From assembly GCA_049840735.1 (NCBI GenBank), contig JASGJN010000022.1, positions 908,778 through 972,777 on the forward strand: a DNA stretch of 64,000 bases. Reading direction: 5' to 3'. Below are positions 43,221 through 54,138 of this stretch, piece after piece; within the stretch, counting starts at the first letter, position 1; the number at the start of each line of letters is the position of its first letter. Source of the stretch: Anaeromyxobacter sp. (GTDB lineage: Bacteria > Myxococcota > Myxococcia > Myxococcales > Anaeromyxobacteraceae). The translations under genes and the position numbers were made by a program. Under the pieces are notes generated by a model. That model had not been told where the DNA came from and did no database searches. It saw only the letters and a list, made by a program, of their open reading frames with translations.

Positions 43221-43294
43221 AGGAACATCCCGCGCGGAAAGATGGCACGACTTTGCTTTTCTGGGAATCGCCCACACGCTAGTCTTGCGCCTCG

Positions 43295-44677
43295 ATGGTC
43301 CGTTTTTGGTCATGCAAGGCCGGTCTCGGGTTGGCCTTGGGGCTTGGTTTCTGGTGCAGTGGATGCGCTTCTGGTGTAACCGAGGCGGCGCCGGGGCCCT
43401 CGGTGCGCAATTCGTCCATTGCCGTGGTCACGCCGAACAGGCAAAAACCTGCGGAAGCGATCTCGCACGTCGCTTCATCTCCGTGGCTTTCCGACTCGAA
43501 GCCGGATTTGAGACGTCTGACCGTGCTCGTGCGCTCCAAACCTCCCGCCGATTTGGCTGCCAAGTTCCTCGATATTGCCCAGCACAACCAGCGAATGCAG
43601 GCATTCTTTCGCGCCGCGGCCGAGGGGGGATTCGGGAGCGGATTCGTGGTCGTTCGTCGAATGCAAGAGCCGTCGGGTGCATTCCGGCACTTCATCGTTA
43701 CCAATCGACACGTGGTCGAGCTTGCAAATTCCGTTACCGTGGCGTTCCAGGGTGAGTCGCAAGAATACGAACTCCCTGTGGTCTACGTCGATCCGAGCTA
43801 CGACCTTGCTCTTCTGTCGTTGGACGTCGAATCCTTGGATGCGGCACTGGTGACGCGACTTGCGCCTTTGGGCTTCGATTTCGAGGCGACACCGGCAACG
43901 GATCAACAACCCGTCGTGGCAAGTGGCTATCCGGCAATTGGGCAGGAGCCGTCCTATCAAGTCTCTCGCGGTTATGTCTCGAATGAGCGATTCGAAATTG
44001 CGGAGGGTGGTCGAGCGCTCCGCTACGTGCAACACACGGCTCCGATCGATCCCGGTAGCAGTGGTGGGCCGCTGACGACCGAATCCGGGAAGCTGCTCGG
44101 GATCAACACCATGAAGGTGCGCCGCCGTGAAAACGTCGGACTCGCCGTACCCGCTCCCGTCGTCGAACGCGCCATCGAAAACGCGATTCGGAGCGAGAGC
44201 GAGCGGCAGAAACCCGGTGATCGCGAAGCCGCATCGGGTGCATGTCGGGCGCTCCTCGTCGCTCTCGGGAGTGGCGATGCCGGGCTCGAGGACGTCGAAC
44301 GCGCCATCGGCGCACCGATGTTGGTTCGTGACGGGTTTTCGAGCTTGGACGCGCTTCCCTCAAAGGACGGCACCGATTGGCTCGAGCGGTTTCTCGAATC
44401 GCCGACTCAGGTGTTCCTGACGGCAGTGGCAATGCGATTGATTGACGAACGCCCGAAGCCCGATGCTCGAATGGAATGCAAGTTTGTCGAGCCCGAGCCG
44501 ACCGACGGAGCCTTTGCCTTCGACGTCCCCACTCGTCGAGGCCAACGGCGTTGGACGTTTGCGTGGGAGCAACGCCGTTTCAAGCTCGTTCGCGCCTCCC
44601 TCGATTCTACGGCGCGAAACGAACGTTCTTTCGGGATTACGGCAAGCCAAAGAGCCGTAAATGGACACCGCGACTGA
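43295..44677 (+). CDS. Trypsin-like serine protease (Trypsin_2), putative lipoprotein
   Basis: FGSGF, TNRHVV (His), DLALL (Asp), IDPGSSGGPL (Ser), GINT. Confidence 0.85.
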   Translation: MVRFWSCKAGLGLALGLGFWCSGCASGVTEAAPGPSVRNSSIAVVTPNRQKPAEAISHVASSPWLSDSKPDLRRLTVLVRSKPPADLAAKFLDIAQHNQRMQAFFRAAAEGGFGSGFVVVRRMQEPSGAFRHFIVTNRHVVELANSVTVAFQGESQEYELPVVYVDPSYDLALLSLDVESLDAALVTRLAPLGFDFEATPATDQQPVVASGYPAIGQEPSYQVSRGYVSNERFEIAEGGRALRYVQHTAPIDPGSSGGPLTTESGKLLGINTMKVRRRENVGLAVPAPVVERAIENAIRSESERQKPGDREAASGACRALLVALGSGDAGLEDVERAIGAPMLVRDGFSSLDALPSKDGTDWLERFLESPTQVFLTAVAMRLIDERPKPDARMECKFVEPEPTDGAFAFDVPTRRGQRRWTFAWEQRRFKLVRASLDSTARNERSFGITASQRAVNGHRD

Positions 44678-44717
44678 AGTGAGAGTCGAGCTCGCGTGCG
44701 CCGTGTACGGCGAAGAC

Positions 44718-44802
44718 CGCACCTCGCAGGTCGCACCTCGCGGGTCCTCGCAGGCCGTACCTCGCAGGCCCTCGAAGGTCGCACCTCGCGGGCCCCGAAG
44801 GA
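44718..44802. repeat. Degenerate short tandem repeats (CGCACCTCGCAGGT-like) between convergent genes
   Basis: CCTCG(C/A)(A/G)GG recurs about 7-8 times. Confidence 0.7.
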
Positions 44803-44816
44803 CGTGAAGACGCCTT

Positions 44817-45844
44817 TTACTCGATGGGCGTCTCCGAAATGAGGAAGTCGTCGAAGTCGAGGATCTGCTGAGTGCTGGGCGCCCAGGTGTCATCGCTTCC
44901 ACCGAAAAAGGTCGAGAAGTAGAGGGCGTCGATCCCGAAGGTTGCCCCAGCGAGGCGGTAGAGGAACGCTTGCTCGTCGAGCGCCAGGTTTCCGTCGAAC
45001 CACGCTTGGAGGATGCCGTCATGCGCACCCGGCGTGTTCATTCGGATGTGGTGTTGCACGCGGTGCCAAACGCCAGGCGTGAAGGTCACTTTCGTATCGT
45101 TCGTTTCGTAGACGTAATCGTCCCCGCAGCTGTTCACCTTTTCGGGAAAGTACATGTACTGCACACAGGCACCGCCTGGGCGCCACATCATGCGTGCGGA
45201 GAAACCGCCCGGAATCGGCGACGCAACCCGTCGGGTGTGTGCCTCCGACCAAGCCCGGTAGCTTGCCTCCGCGAACGAAGTCGAATCCGTCCGCAAAACG
45301 CAACCGGTAGGACAAATAGAGCTCCTCGAAGGATGCCGAGAGCGGGATCAAGAACTGAACGCCGCCATCGGTAGGGCCGTAAACGGCTGCGGGATAAGTG
45401 ACTCTGAGTGCTCGGGCGCCACCTTCGTCGATGATTGCCGCTCGACCATCGTCGAGCCCGTCGTTCCACGTGGCTGGGCCGGAGGAAATCCTCCGACGCC
45501 ATGCTTTGCGTGTAGAGCCCCACTTCACGCTGCTGGAAGTCGACATGAACGAGTGCCTTCGTTCCGTTGCCTGCGCCGGCGGTCGATGCAGTCGTCGCGG
45601 CGGTCGCGCCACCAACTTCGGGATTGCTGCTCGAACCCGCACTCGGTGCTCCGCCCGACGATGTTCCTCCGGTTGCGCCATTCGTCGATCCCCCTACTGA
45701 AGGCGTGGAGGAGGCACCGCTCCGCCCTTCAGTCGTGTCGCTTTTTGCGTCCGACGAACTGCAAGCGAGTTGCGCTGCCACGATCGACACGCCGATCACG
45801 CAAGTTGAACACAGCGAGCGAGACTCAGCGAACCTTCGGGGCAT
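44817..45844 (-). CDS. PL14-like polysaccharide lyase lipoprotein; frameshifts near 45485 and 45212
   Basis: Lipobox QLAC; LRVTYP, FDFVRGGKLPGL, GFSARMMWR, FSTFFGG. Confidence 0.8.
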
Positions 45845-45977
45845 CCCAGGATTATGCCATGGCACTTCACGGCCACGCCATCTTCGCTCACGCGTTCAAC
45901 GGTCGGGGCGAGTGAGTGCAGGTGGGACGGCGCGAATGTACGGCACCCCTGCGAGGCCGCACGTCGATGCCGTGCCA

Positions 45978-46421
45978 TCACCAATGGCGTCGATAGGGCA
46001 CCATCGCCGAGGCGGCGAAGCCGTTTCGTCCGTAGAATCTGCGCGCTCGTTCGTTGGCTGCGTCCGTGAGCAATGTGATTCGCTTGAGTCCGCGTTCGCG
46101 GCACAACGAGACCGCCGCGTCGAGCAGGTGGCTGCCAATCCCCTTGTCTCGTCGATCGGGCGACACCACCATGTCCTCGAGCCACGCGACGGGGCCACCT
46201 TCTGCGGTGCTGATCGTGAAGAGGAGACTGACCATGCCGACGACCCTCGTGTCCGACGTCGCGACGAGCAGAACTCCGACGTCCGGCGAATCGAGGATGA
46301 GTCGAAGCGCTCGCCGTTGTCGTAAAGGATCGGGCGCGAAGTCCGCTTCGATGGAAAATAGGATGCCGAGTAACTCGACCATGTTGTCGAGATCTTCGAC
46401 CTTAGCGGGACGAACGAGCAT
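45978..46421 (-). CDS. GNAT N-acetyltransferase
   Basis: LEDMVVSPDRRDKGIG, N..ARRFY...GF. Confidence 0.9.
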   Translation of the reverse strand: MLVRPAKVEDLDNMVELLGILFSIEADFAPDPLRQRRALRLILDSPDVGVLLVATSDTRVVGMVSLLFTISTAEGGPVAWLEDMVVSPDRRDKGIGSHLLDAAVSLCRERGLKRITLLTDAANERARRFYGRNGFAASAMVPYRRHW

Positions 46422-46442
46422 CGATGACCCTCCCTTGATGCG

Positions 46443-46935
46443 TCATTGTGGGGCGCGATTGCCGAGGCAGTGAATCGTTACGGAAACACCGCGAGCGACG
46501 AGGCGTGATTCGAGGAGCGAACGTACGTCACTCCATCGAGCGCCAGCGAGCCCTTGGCCGAGTGGTGGCGCATGCACGACGGCATTCGTCGCCAACGCGC
46601 GAGTGGCGACTCGAATCCAGGCATTCGCCGAGTGCCGTCAAATCAAGACTCGACTCCGGATTGCCGCGCGAGCGCTCCGCGACGAGATGGCCCAGCACGA
46701 CGTTGGCGGCAAGTTCCGCATAAATCACGTGGCCCAGGGGCGCGGACGAGCCGAATTCCCGCCGGTACGCGAGCAGTGCCGCCGTACAAGCGGGCCAGCG
46801 CGCTTCGATGGCTTGGGTGAATCCGAGGCCCCACACCAGGGCTTCGGCCATCAAATGCACGAGAATACACGGCGACATATCGGGGATCCGAGTCGCGTCG
46901 CTACGTAGGCGAATTTGGAGCGTCGATACTGTCAC
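46443..46935 (-). CDS. Macro-domain protein (Poa1/TARG1-like), divergent; frameshift near 46613
   Basis: SDAT...ILVH...WGLGF..AI..RWP; repaired C-terminus VVHAPPLGQGLAGARWSDVRSLLE matches the HxPxIGxGLAGGxW motif. Confidence 0.65.
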
Positions 46936-47388
46936 GGTGCGATGGGGCGATCCTCGTAGGAGTCACATGGCCTGCAGGTTTCTTCGGGATTGCATCGGCG
47001 TGTGGCCCAAAGCTGACGGCAAAATACGGCGCTTCGATGTCGGTCCGACGGTGCCTATCGGGAACACGCGGCTTTCGTGCGTGGGTTCTGGAGCCTCTCC
47101 TCGAGACCGCCCGTTGGATTGATTGGTCTTTACGTCGCGCAAACGGTCCGCGACGTGACCGCGACGGCAAAACCAACCAAAACTCCCCGGTGGAAGCCTT
47201 GCAATTCGGACACCTAGTCCCCGCTCTCCGTCGCATCGTGCTCGAAGGCGCGCGGTCGGCCCCGTTGGCCGATGGCTGCCGGTGACGCTCAGAACACCAA
47301 CGAGAATCCGGCACGTTCGTCACTCCCAGGCCGGCGCTTGCATCGTTGGTGCGGAGAGCGCCACGTCGCAGCGAGACTCGAAGGTTTC

Positions 47389-47436
47389 GCGCTGAGATAC
47401 GACGCGCTGCGCTGAGATACGACGCGCTGCGCTGAG
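47389..47436. repeat. 20-bp tandem repeat, about 2.4 copies (GCGCTGAGATACGACGCGCT)
   Basis: Read directly from the sequence. Confidence 0.75.
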
Positions 47437-47555
47437 CTCCGACTCTGTCCGTTTTACGCGCAGAGATGGTGGGGCCCAGTGCAGCGAGGCGGTTCTCGGA
47501 AGGGCGCGAGATTGCGGCGCGTGCACCTGGGGGGCTCCGAGTGCACGCGCGGTAT

Positions 47556-49831
47556 CTAGCCGGTCGTCGAGGTCGTCGAGGTCGTCGAGGTCGCCGAGGT
47601 CGTCGAGGTCGTCGAAGTGTTCGATCGATGCTCGTCACCCATCGAGATCCGCAAGACGAAGTACATGAGTGTCAGCGTCCCGATCGCAAACACCGTATCG
47701 CCGAACGCGCGCATCCAACGCAAGACGTGCATGGTGTTCTGCTGCAAGAATTCGGAACTCCGCGCGTACCAATAGCCGTGTTCGACGGAGGCCCAGGTCT
47801 GCATCAAGCCTACGGGCAGCAAGCTGAAGAGTACCATGGCCATCAGACCGCCATTGATGGCCCAAAATGCGAATCGGAGTGGCCCTTCCTTCCAAAGAGC
47901 ACTGGTTCGGTACGTTCGGAAGCAGAACAACATCAAGCCAATCCCGAGCATCCCGTAGACCCCGAAGAGCGCCGCGTGTCCGTGGACTGGAGTCGTGTTG
48001 AGGCCCTGCATGTAGTAGAGAGCGATAGGTGGATTGATCATGAATCCGAAAAGCCCAGCTCCGACGAGATTCCAAAACGCGACAGCGACGAAGAAATGAA
48101 ATGGGCCAACGGTATTTGCGCACCCAGGGACGCGAGCTGGCGAGCCTAAGATTGTGCCAAGCTTCGAATCCCACGAAGAGCAAGGGGACGACCTCGAGGG
48201 CACTGAAGACGGAGCCGAGCGCGAGGACCACCATTGGTGTGCCCGCGAAATAGAGGTGGTGTAGCGTGCCAATCACTCCACCGGCGAGGAAGATCGTCGC
48301 TGCGAGCACCGTCGAGCTACCTGCCGTAGCCAAGCGGATGAGGCCGAGCCGCGCGAACAGGAACGCGATGATCACCGTCGCGAACACCTCGAAGAATCCC
48401 TCCACCCAGAGATGAACGACCCACCAACGCCAGTATTCGGCGACCGCCAAATTCGTGTGTCGACCGTAGCCGAGAGCGGCTCCGTAGAACCCGGCAATCG
48501 CGACGGACGAGATGACGAACAGTATCAACACGGGGCGTTGCTCGTCGCGTTTGCGAAGTGCAGGAACGAGTGCGCGGAGCATGAGCCAAAGCCAAAGAAA
48601 CAGGCCGATCAAAAGGGCGATTTGCCAGAGTCGGCCGAAATCGATGTACTCGTAACCGCTGTGTCCGAGATAAAACCACACGTCACCGCTGAGGCCGCGC
48701 ATTACGCTGAACCACTGCCCCGCCATGGAACCCAGAATCACCGTGACGACGGCACCGAACAGCACGTTGACGCCCAAGCGTTGATAACGTGGCTCTGCAC
48801 CTACCGAAGGCCCGATGTAGAGGCCCGCAGCGAGCCAAGTGGTTGCAATCCAGAATATCCCAAGCTGAAGGTGCCAGGTGCGCGCGACCGTGTAAGGCAG
48901 AAATCGAGCGAGGGGGATCCCGTAAAAGCCGCCGCCTTCCACCCCGTAATGAGCCGTGACGACTCCCAGTATCACCTGTAGCCCCATCAGCGCCGTTGCC
49001 GCCCAGAAGTACTTCATGACGGCGCGCTGTGACGGAGTGGGCGCCGCACCGAGGAGGGGATCGTCGTTGGGCGTGCTCGGTTGAGCTTCCTCCTTCTGCA
49101 TCGCATAAAACAGTGCCATCGCGCCGATCCCCGCCAATAGCACGATGATGCTCACGCCCGTCCAAACCACGGTTTCACCCGTAGGACGATTGCCCACGAG
49201 CGACTCGTGGGGCCAGTTATTGGTGTACGTGACGTCGTCTCCAGGGCGTTGCGTCGATGCTGCCCAAGAGGTCCAGAAGACGAACGCCGCGAGTTGATAC
49301 ATTCGCGCAGGATCGGTGAGTGTTCCGCTCGGGATCGCATACTCCGGGCGTCCGTCGCGAAATACGCTCGTATAGTGAGCCAGATTCGAGGCGAATGCTC
49401 GACCGCGCACGTCGTCGATGACGAGTACGCCGCTCTTCGCATCGTAGCGATTGGGCCGCACCGAATCTTGGAGCCTTTCGATCAGCTTGCTCTGCTCTTC
49501 GGACGGAAGCTGCGCAAAGCTTCGCCCGTGTTGCATCATCGCCCACTCCTCGAGGGTGTAAGCCGCTTCGCGATGGAGCCAATCCGCAGTCCAATCCGGG
49601 GCAACGTAGCTCCCGTGGCCCCAGATGGAAACCGACCTCCATGCCCCCCATCGCCTGCCAAACGTTTTGTCCGGCGGAAATGTCACCCGTATCGATGACG
49701 GTGGTTCCGCTCGTCGTAACGACTCGACTGGGGATTGGGGGCGCTTGTTGGTAAATCCGCACCCCTGTCCAGCCGAGAACCGCGAAAGATAGGACCAGGA
49801 CCGTGACGAAATAGAGCCAAAGTCGTCTCAT
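47556..49831 (-). CDS. norZ: Quinol-dependent nitric oxide reductase (qNOR); frameshifts near 49630 and 48100
   Basis: GHGSYVAPDWTADWLH, YTNNWP, RTWHLQL, WWVVHLWVEGFFE, GTLHH, ALEVVP, TPVHGHAALFGVYG. Confidence 0.95.
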
Positions 49832-49935
49832 GGCAGCTGGGCCAATCCATGTTGTTGGCCCCCTCCAGAGTGCAATGGCCGATTGACGAATTCAGCTGTG
49901 GGGCCACGAGCCCATGGCGCGCGTGTACGCTGGAC

Positions 49936-49976
49936 GGCGCGAGCGCTCGATGGCGCGAGCGCTCGATGGCGCGAGC
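49936..49976. repeat. 16-bp tandem repeat, about 2.6 copies (GGCGCGAGCGCTCGAT)
   Basis: Read directly from the sequence. Confidence 0.7.
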
Positions 49977-50013
49977 CGCTCGTTTACGTCGTTTCAATTC
50001 GAGGGAAGTCCTC

Positions 50014-51440
50014 TTACGGCTTCGCAACTCGGTAAATACCGCTCGTGGTGGCCGCCGCGTCGCTCTTGGCAAGCCAATACAAATAGCTGCCCTCGGAGCG
50101 CAGGTAGCTCGGCTCCGTCAGGCCAGCCACGAGCGTTTTCACGCCCCCCGCACAGGCAGGCCGAGAACAGTAGGCGATGCTCGTACTCGTGAGAAAGTAG
50201 ACGTTGCTCTCGTCCACGAGCATGTCGCTGTTGAAGGCCGTAGGCAGGCTGGCAACGGTGTTTGCCGAAGCCGGATCGGTGGCAAGGCAGGACTTCAGCA
50301 CCAAGCCTTCGATCCAGTAAAGGCGCCCGCCGTGAGCGGCGAAGTTGATGGGCTGACCGCTCACCAGGGTTGGATAGCTCTTGCATCCAGTGAAGCGATC
50401 GCATGCGACAAGGTTCGGTTGTGCGCCTGCCGTATCCGTACGAATGTAGTAAACGAAGGCGTTGTCTATGGCAAGCCGTGTATCGGAAGTCGGATAGTTT
50501 CCGATCTTGACGGTCGTGCCAATGGTCCCGTCGTTGTTACCCGGGACACGATTGACCGAGGCCGTCGAGGGGTCCGAGAGATACCCAGTGACGTGATAAT
50601 AGAGATCGCCGTCCACACCGATGAGACCACCGATGGCGCCGGACGGACTCGGCGACGCAAGGGCAAGCGTGGTGCCGCAAGTGGTCAGATTGCAGTAGCG
50701 GTAGCCAGGGTACTTATCGGAGGGGAGCGCCTTGCCGAAGAATGCAACCACGTCCGTCGTCAGAGTTTTCGTAATGGTCAGATGTGATGCTGCACCGGGG
50801 GCCGCGACTTGTTGAGTGTAGCCGGAGCAAGCGGCTGGACGGGTGCACCATTGAATGACGCTGCTGTCGGTGTAAAGATCCCCCTGCTCGAGACATCCAT
50901 GCCCTGCGCTGCGGCGAGATCGCTGACGAGCAGGGCTTTCGTGCAGTGAGCCGCCTGGCACGTGGACTTCGCGCCGCAGGCATGACCACAGGCCCCGCAA
51001 TGGTTGACGTCCGAGGAGACGTCCACGCAGGTATTCGTCTGTGGACAGAGCGTTTCCGATTCGGAACAGGAGGGCAGTGTGCTCGAGCTGGTTGCGCCGC
51101 CCGACGCCGTGCTCCCGCCGGCTGTCGTGTTCACGGTATTGGTTCCGCCGGCTCCAACGCCACCGGAGGTGGTGCTGCCACCCGAACCGCTGCTCGAAGC
51201 GCCGCCAGTCGTCCCAGGCGAGCCGATCCCGCCGCTGCCAGTGCTGCTCGCTCCGCCCGCGGATTTACCGCCCGCGGATTTACCGCCCGTAGACTGCCCT
51301 CCCGAGTCTTGCCCAGCCACTTCTCCGCCCGTGCCGTCGTCACTGTAGGAACGCTTCTTCGAGCCACAAGCGGGGGACGATCCAACGGCGACGAGTGCAG
51401 TCCAAAGCATCCATTGCTTACGAGCGAGCCGAGCCATCAT
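50014..51440 (-). CDS. Cys-rich lipoprotein with a C-terminal beta-propeller-like (DUF5050-like) region; frameshift near 50875
   Basis: Lipobox SPAC, Gly linker, CVD..SD.NHCGACGHAC, then LAID..FVYY / LVDESNVYF / YLYW blades. Confidence 0.7.
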
Positions 51441-51559
51441 CGCCTGCCTATAGCGCAGCGACAAATGCCGGCAAGACGAGGCCCACGCTTGGTCATCGAT
51501 GCGCTGTTCTTGCGGCTGATTGTCCTCGCGTAGGGTGAAAACGGCTCGGGGCAACGACG

Positions 51560-51852
51560 GTTGCGCGCAGCTGTTTTCGTCGCTTTCCCAGGTGATTGTT
51601 CCAGCGGAAGCCCGACCCGACCCCCCAACGTTGGTCCGTCGAACTTCGACTGCATGCGCGGATCCAACTTCGCCCAGGGTGACCACGATGGCCCTTCGTG
51701 AGAGTCCTCTAGGTGTCCGTAAACGGACGGAGGAGGTGCGTCGATGAGCATCGTGCGTTCGACGTGAACGTTGCCGAGTTCGAAGGCCGCGACGATGAGC
51801 GTGACGGTGACGAGTACGACGACAACGGCCAAAAGACCCAAAAGATCTTCAT
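51560..51852 (-). pseudogene. Truncated SRPBCC/polyketide-cyclase family remnant
   Basis: N-terminal TM, VHVERTMLIDAPP..VY, WSPW..LDP; degenerates after about 90 codons. Confidence 0.55.
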
Positions 51853-52048
51853 TGCGACCTCGCTTTGCGCGAGCGCTGCGTCGGCCTCGCCGATCTTTGG
51901 GCTACCACGAGCTCTGGTTGCGTGGCAATCCACGCGCCCAATCGTGGGTCCCGACGTCCCTGCCGCTCACTTCGCGAACTGACCATGCAATTGGGGGGCG
52001 CCGGTCCTTGACAACCCGAGTCGCACTCCCGAAAAACGAGGTTCACCC

Positions 52049-53023
52049 ATGACGAATGCAATCGAGACGCAAGGTTTGACGAAACGATTTGCGGAGACTC
52101 ATGCGCTCGCTGGACTGGATTTATCGATTCGTGGCGGGTGTGTCTATGGTCTGCTCGGTCCGAACGGCGCCGGCAAAACCACGGCTATCCGTGTGCTCAC
52201 GACGTTACTCAAGCCGAGTGGTGGCCGTGCGATGGTATTGGGCTTGGACGTCGTACGGGAGGCGTCGCTGGTTCGTCAAAAAGTGAGCCTCACGGGACAG
52301 TATGCCTCGGTGGACGAGGATCTCACGGGAATGGAGAACCTCATTTTGGTCAGTCGCCTTCTCGGCATGTCATGGACCGATGCGCGACGACGCGCGTCGG
52401 AGTTGCTGGCGATTTTCGGTCTGACGGACGTCTCTAGCCGCCAAGTCAGGACCTTTTCGGGCGGGATGCGGCGTCGAATCGACATTGCGGCAAGTCTGGT
52501 AACGCGCCCGGAGATTCTATTCTTGGACGAACCGACGACGGGCCTCGATCCAAGGAGTCGCAACCAGGTTTGGGAATTGGTCCGTCAAATCGCGGCTGGC
52601 GGCACGACCGTGTTGCTCACGACGCAGTATCTGGAAGAGGCGGATCGTCTGGCAGATCGCATGGCGGTCGTCGATCGCGGCAAGGTCATTGCGGAGGGGA
52701 CCAGTCGCGAACTCAAGGCTTCGATCGGCGGAAATGCGTTACAATTCCAACTCGCCGATGAGCGCCAGCGCGAAAACGCTTGCTCGCTCGTGACCGAGCT
52801 ATTGGGTGACGTCGCGCTGACGAACTCGGGTGGCGCATCGATTTCGATCAAGGTTGCCGATCCGTCGAGGGCCGCGCAAGTACTCGAAGCCTTGTCAAAT
52901 GCAGCGATTCGAGTCACCGACTTTTCGCTGGGTGCACCGAGTCTCGACGACGTGTTCTTTTCGTTGACTGGACGCTCGCAAGTGCAAGAGTCGAGCATTG
53001 ACGGGAATGAGGTGTCCCCATGA
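52049..53023 (+). CDS. drrA: DrrA-family ABC transporter ATPase
   Basis: GPNGAGKT, FSGGMRRR, FLDEPTTGLDP, TTQYLEEAD, PSLDDVF. Confidence 0.9.
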   Translation: MTNAIETQGLTKRFAETHALAGLDLSIRGGCVYGLLGPNGAGKTTAIRVLTTLLKPSGGRAMVLGLDVVREASLVRQKVSLTGQYASVDEDLTGMENLILVSRLLGMSWTDARRRASELLAIFGLTDVSSRQVRTFSGGMRRRIDIAASLVTRPEILFLDEPTTGLDPRSRNQVWELVRQIAAGGTTVLLTTQYLEEADRLADRMAVVDRGKVIAEGTSRELKASIGGNALQFQLADERQRENACSLVTELLGDVALTNSGGASISIKVADPSRAAQVLEALSNAAIRVTDFSLGAPSLDDVFFSLTGRSQVQESSIDGNEVSP

Positions 53024-53839
53024 ACGTGGAGAGTTATTCCGAGCTCCGTGAGTCCTTCGAGCTGAGCGCGAGACCGTCCTCGACTTCGGCTTGGTCTGCG
53101 GTTGCCACGCTGGCGTGGCGGGCCCTGCTCAAGATCAAGCACGTGCCGTTTCAGCTCTTCGACGTCACGGTGACGCCGATCATGTTCACGTTGTTGTTCA
53201 CGTTCATGTTCGGCGGCGCGTTGGCAGGCTCTCCGGCGGTCTACATCCAGTACTTATTGCCGGGGATATTGGTCCAGACCGTCTTGTTCGTCACGGTATA
53301 CACCGGTGTAGGAATCAATAGCGATATTCAGAAGGGGCTCTACGACAGGTTTCGCTCCCTTCCGATATGGCAGCCTGCGCCCGTCATCGGTGCGTTGGCT
53401 GGAGATCTGTTCCGCTACTCGATGGCATCCTGCATCATCTTGGTCCTGGGATACGTCCTTGGCTTTCGTCCGGCGGCCGGGGTCATCGGCGTGCTCCTCG
53501 CATTGGGGCTCGTTCTCGTATTCGCTTTCGCGGTTTCTTGGATCCGGATCATCTTCGGAATGAAGGTGAAGACGCCGGAATCCGTCATGACGACGAGTTT
53601 CGTCTTTCTGATGCCACTGACCTTCGCCAGTGACATATTCGTTCGCCTTTCGACGATGCCGCCGTGGCTCCAGGCGATCGTTCGGCACAACCCGGTTACG
53701 GATTTCGACCGACGCTTCGCGAGGTCTCATGCACGGAACGGACGTCACGGCCGACGTGCTTTGGGTCTTCGGTGCATCCGCGCTGCTCGTCGTCATTGCG
53801 GCGCCCCTTGCCATGCACCTGTATCAACGGGAACGGTAG
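53020..53839 (+). CDS. drrB: DrrB-family ABC-2 permease; frameshift near 53701
   Basis: Six TM helices, DRFRSLP, MPPWLQ...NPVT; ATGA overlap with the ATPase gene. Confidence 0.85.
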
Positions 53840-53850
53840 CGCTCCTACCC

Positions 53851-54058
53851 TGCAACGTCCGGTGCCGAAGTCAGAGTGCCCCTGCGCGCAGTCTTTTTTG
53901 TCGGTACGTCGTGCAACGTCCGGTGCCGAAGTCAGAGTGCCCCTGCGCGCAGTCTTTTTTGTCGGTACGTCGTGCAAACGTCCGGTGCCGAAGTCAGAGT
54001 GCCCCTGCGCGCAGTCTTTTTTGTCGGTACGTCGTGCAAACGTCCGGTGCCGAAGTCA
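53851..54058. repeat. 61/62-bp tandem repeat x3.4 between convergent genes
   Basis: TGCAACGTCCGGTGCCGAAGTCAGAGTGCCCCTGCGCGCAGTCTTTTTTGTCGGTACGTCG at 53851, 53912 and 53973, plus a partial copy at 54035. Confidence 0.95.
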
Positions 54059-54138
54059 CGAATGACAGGCAAATATGCTGGCGTCCAACCTAAGCGGATG
54101 GGTTGCTGCTCTAAGTGTCCTACGGGCTTCACGTCGGT

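Noticed and set aside
49883..49896. FNR/DNR box upstream of norZ (TTGACGAATTCAG)
   Set aside because: The spacing is one base short and the right half-site is imperfect; not supportable
52049..53839. Antibiotic biosynthetic cluster implied by drrAB
   Set aside because: No PKS, NRPS or RiPP genes in the window; DrrAB-like exporters are commonly stand-alone
53851..54058. Possible CRISPR array (period of about 61 bp)
   Set aside because: The whole unit is identical between copies, so there are no variable spacers
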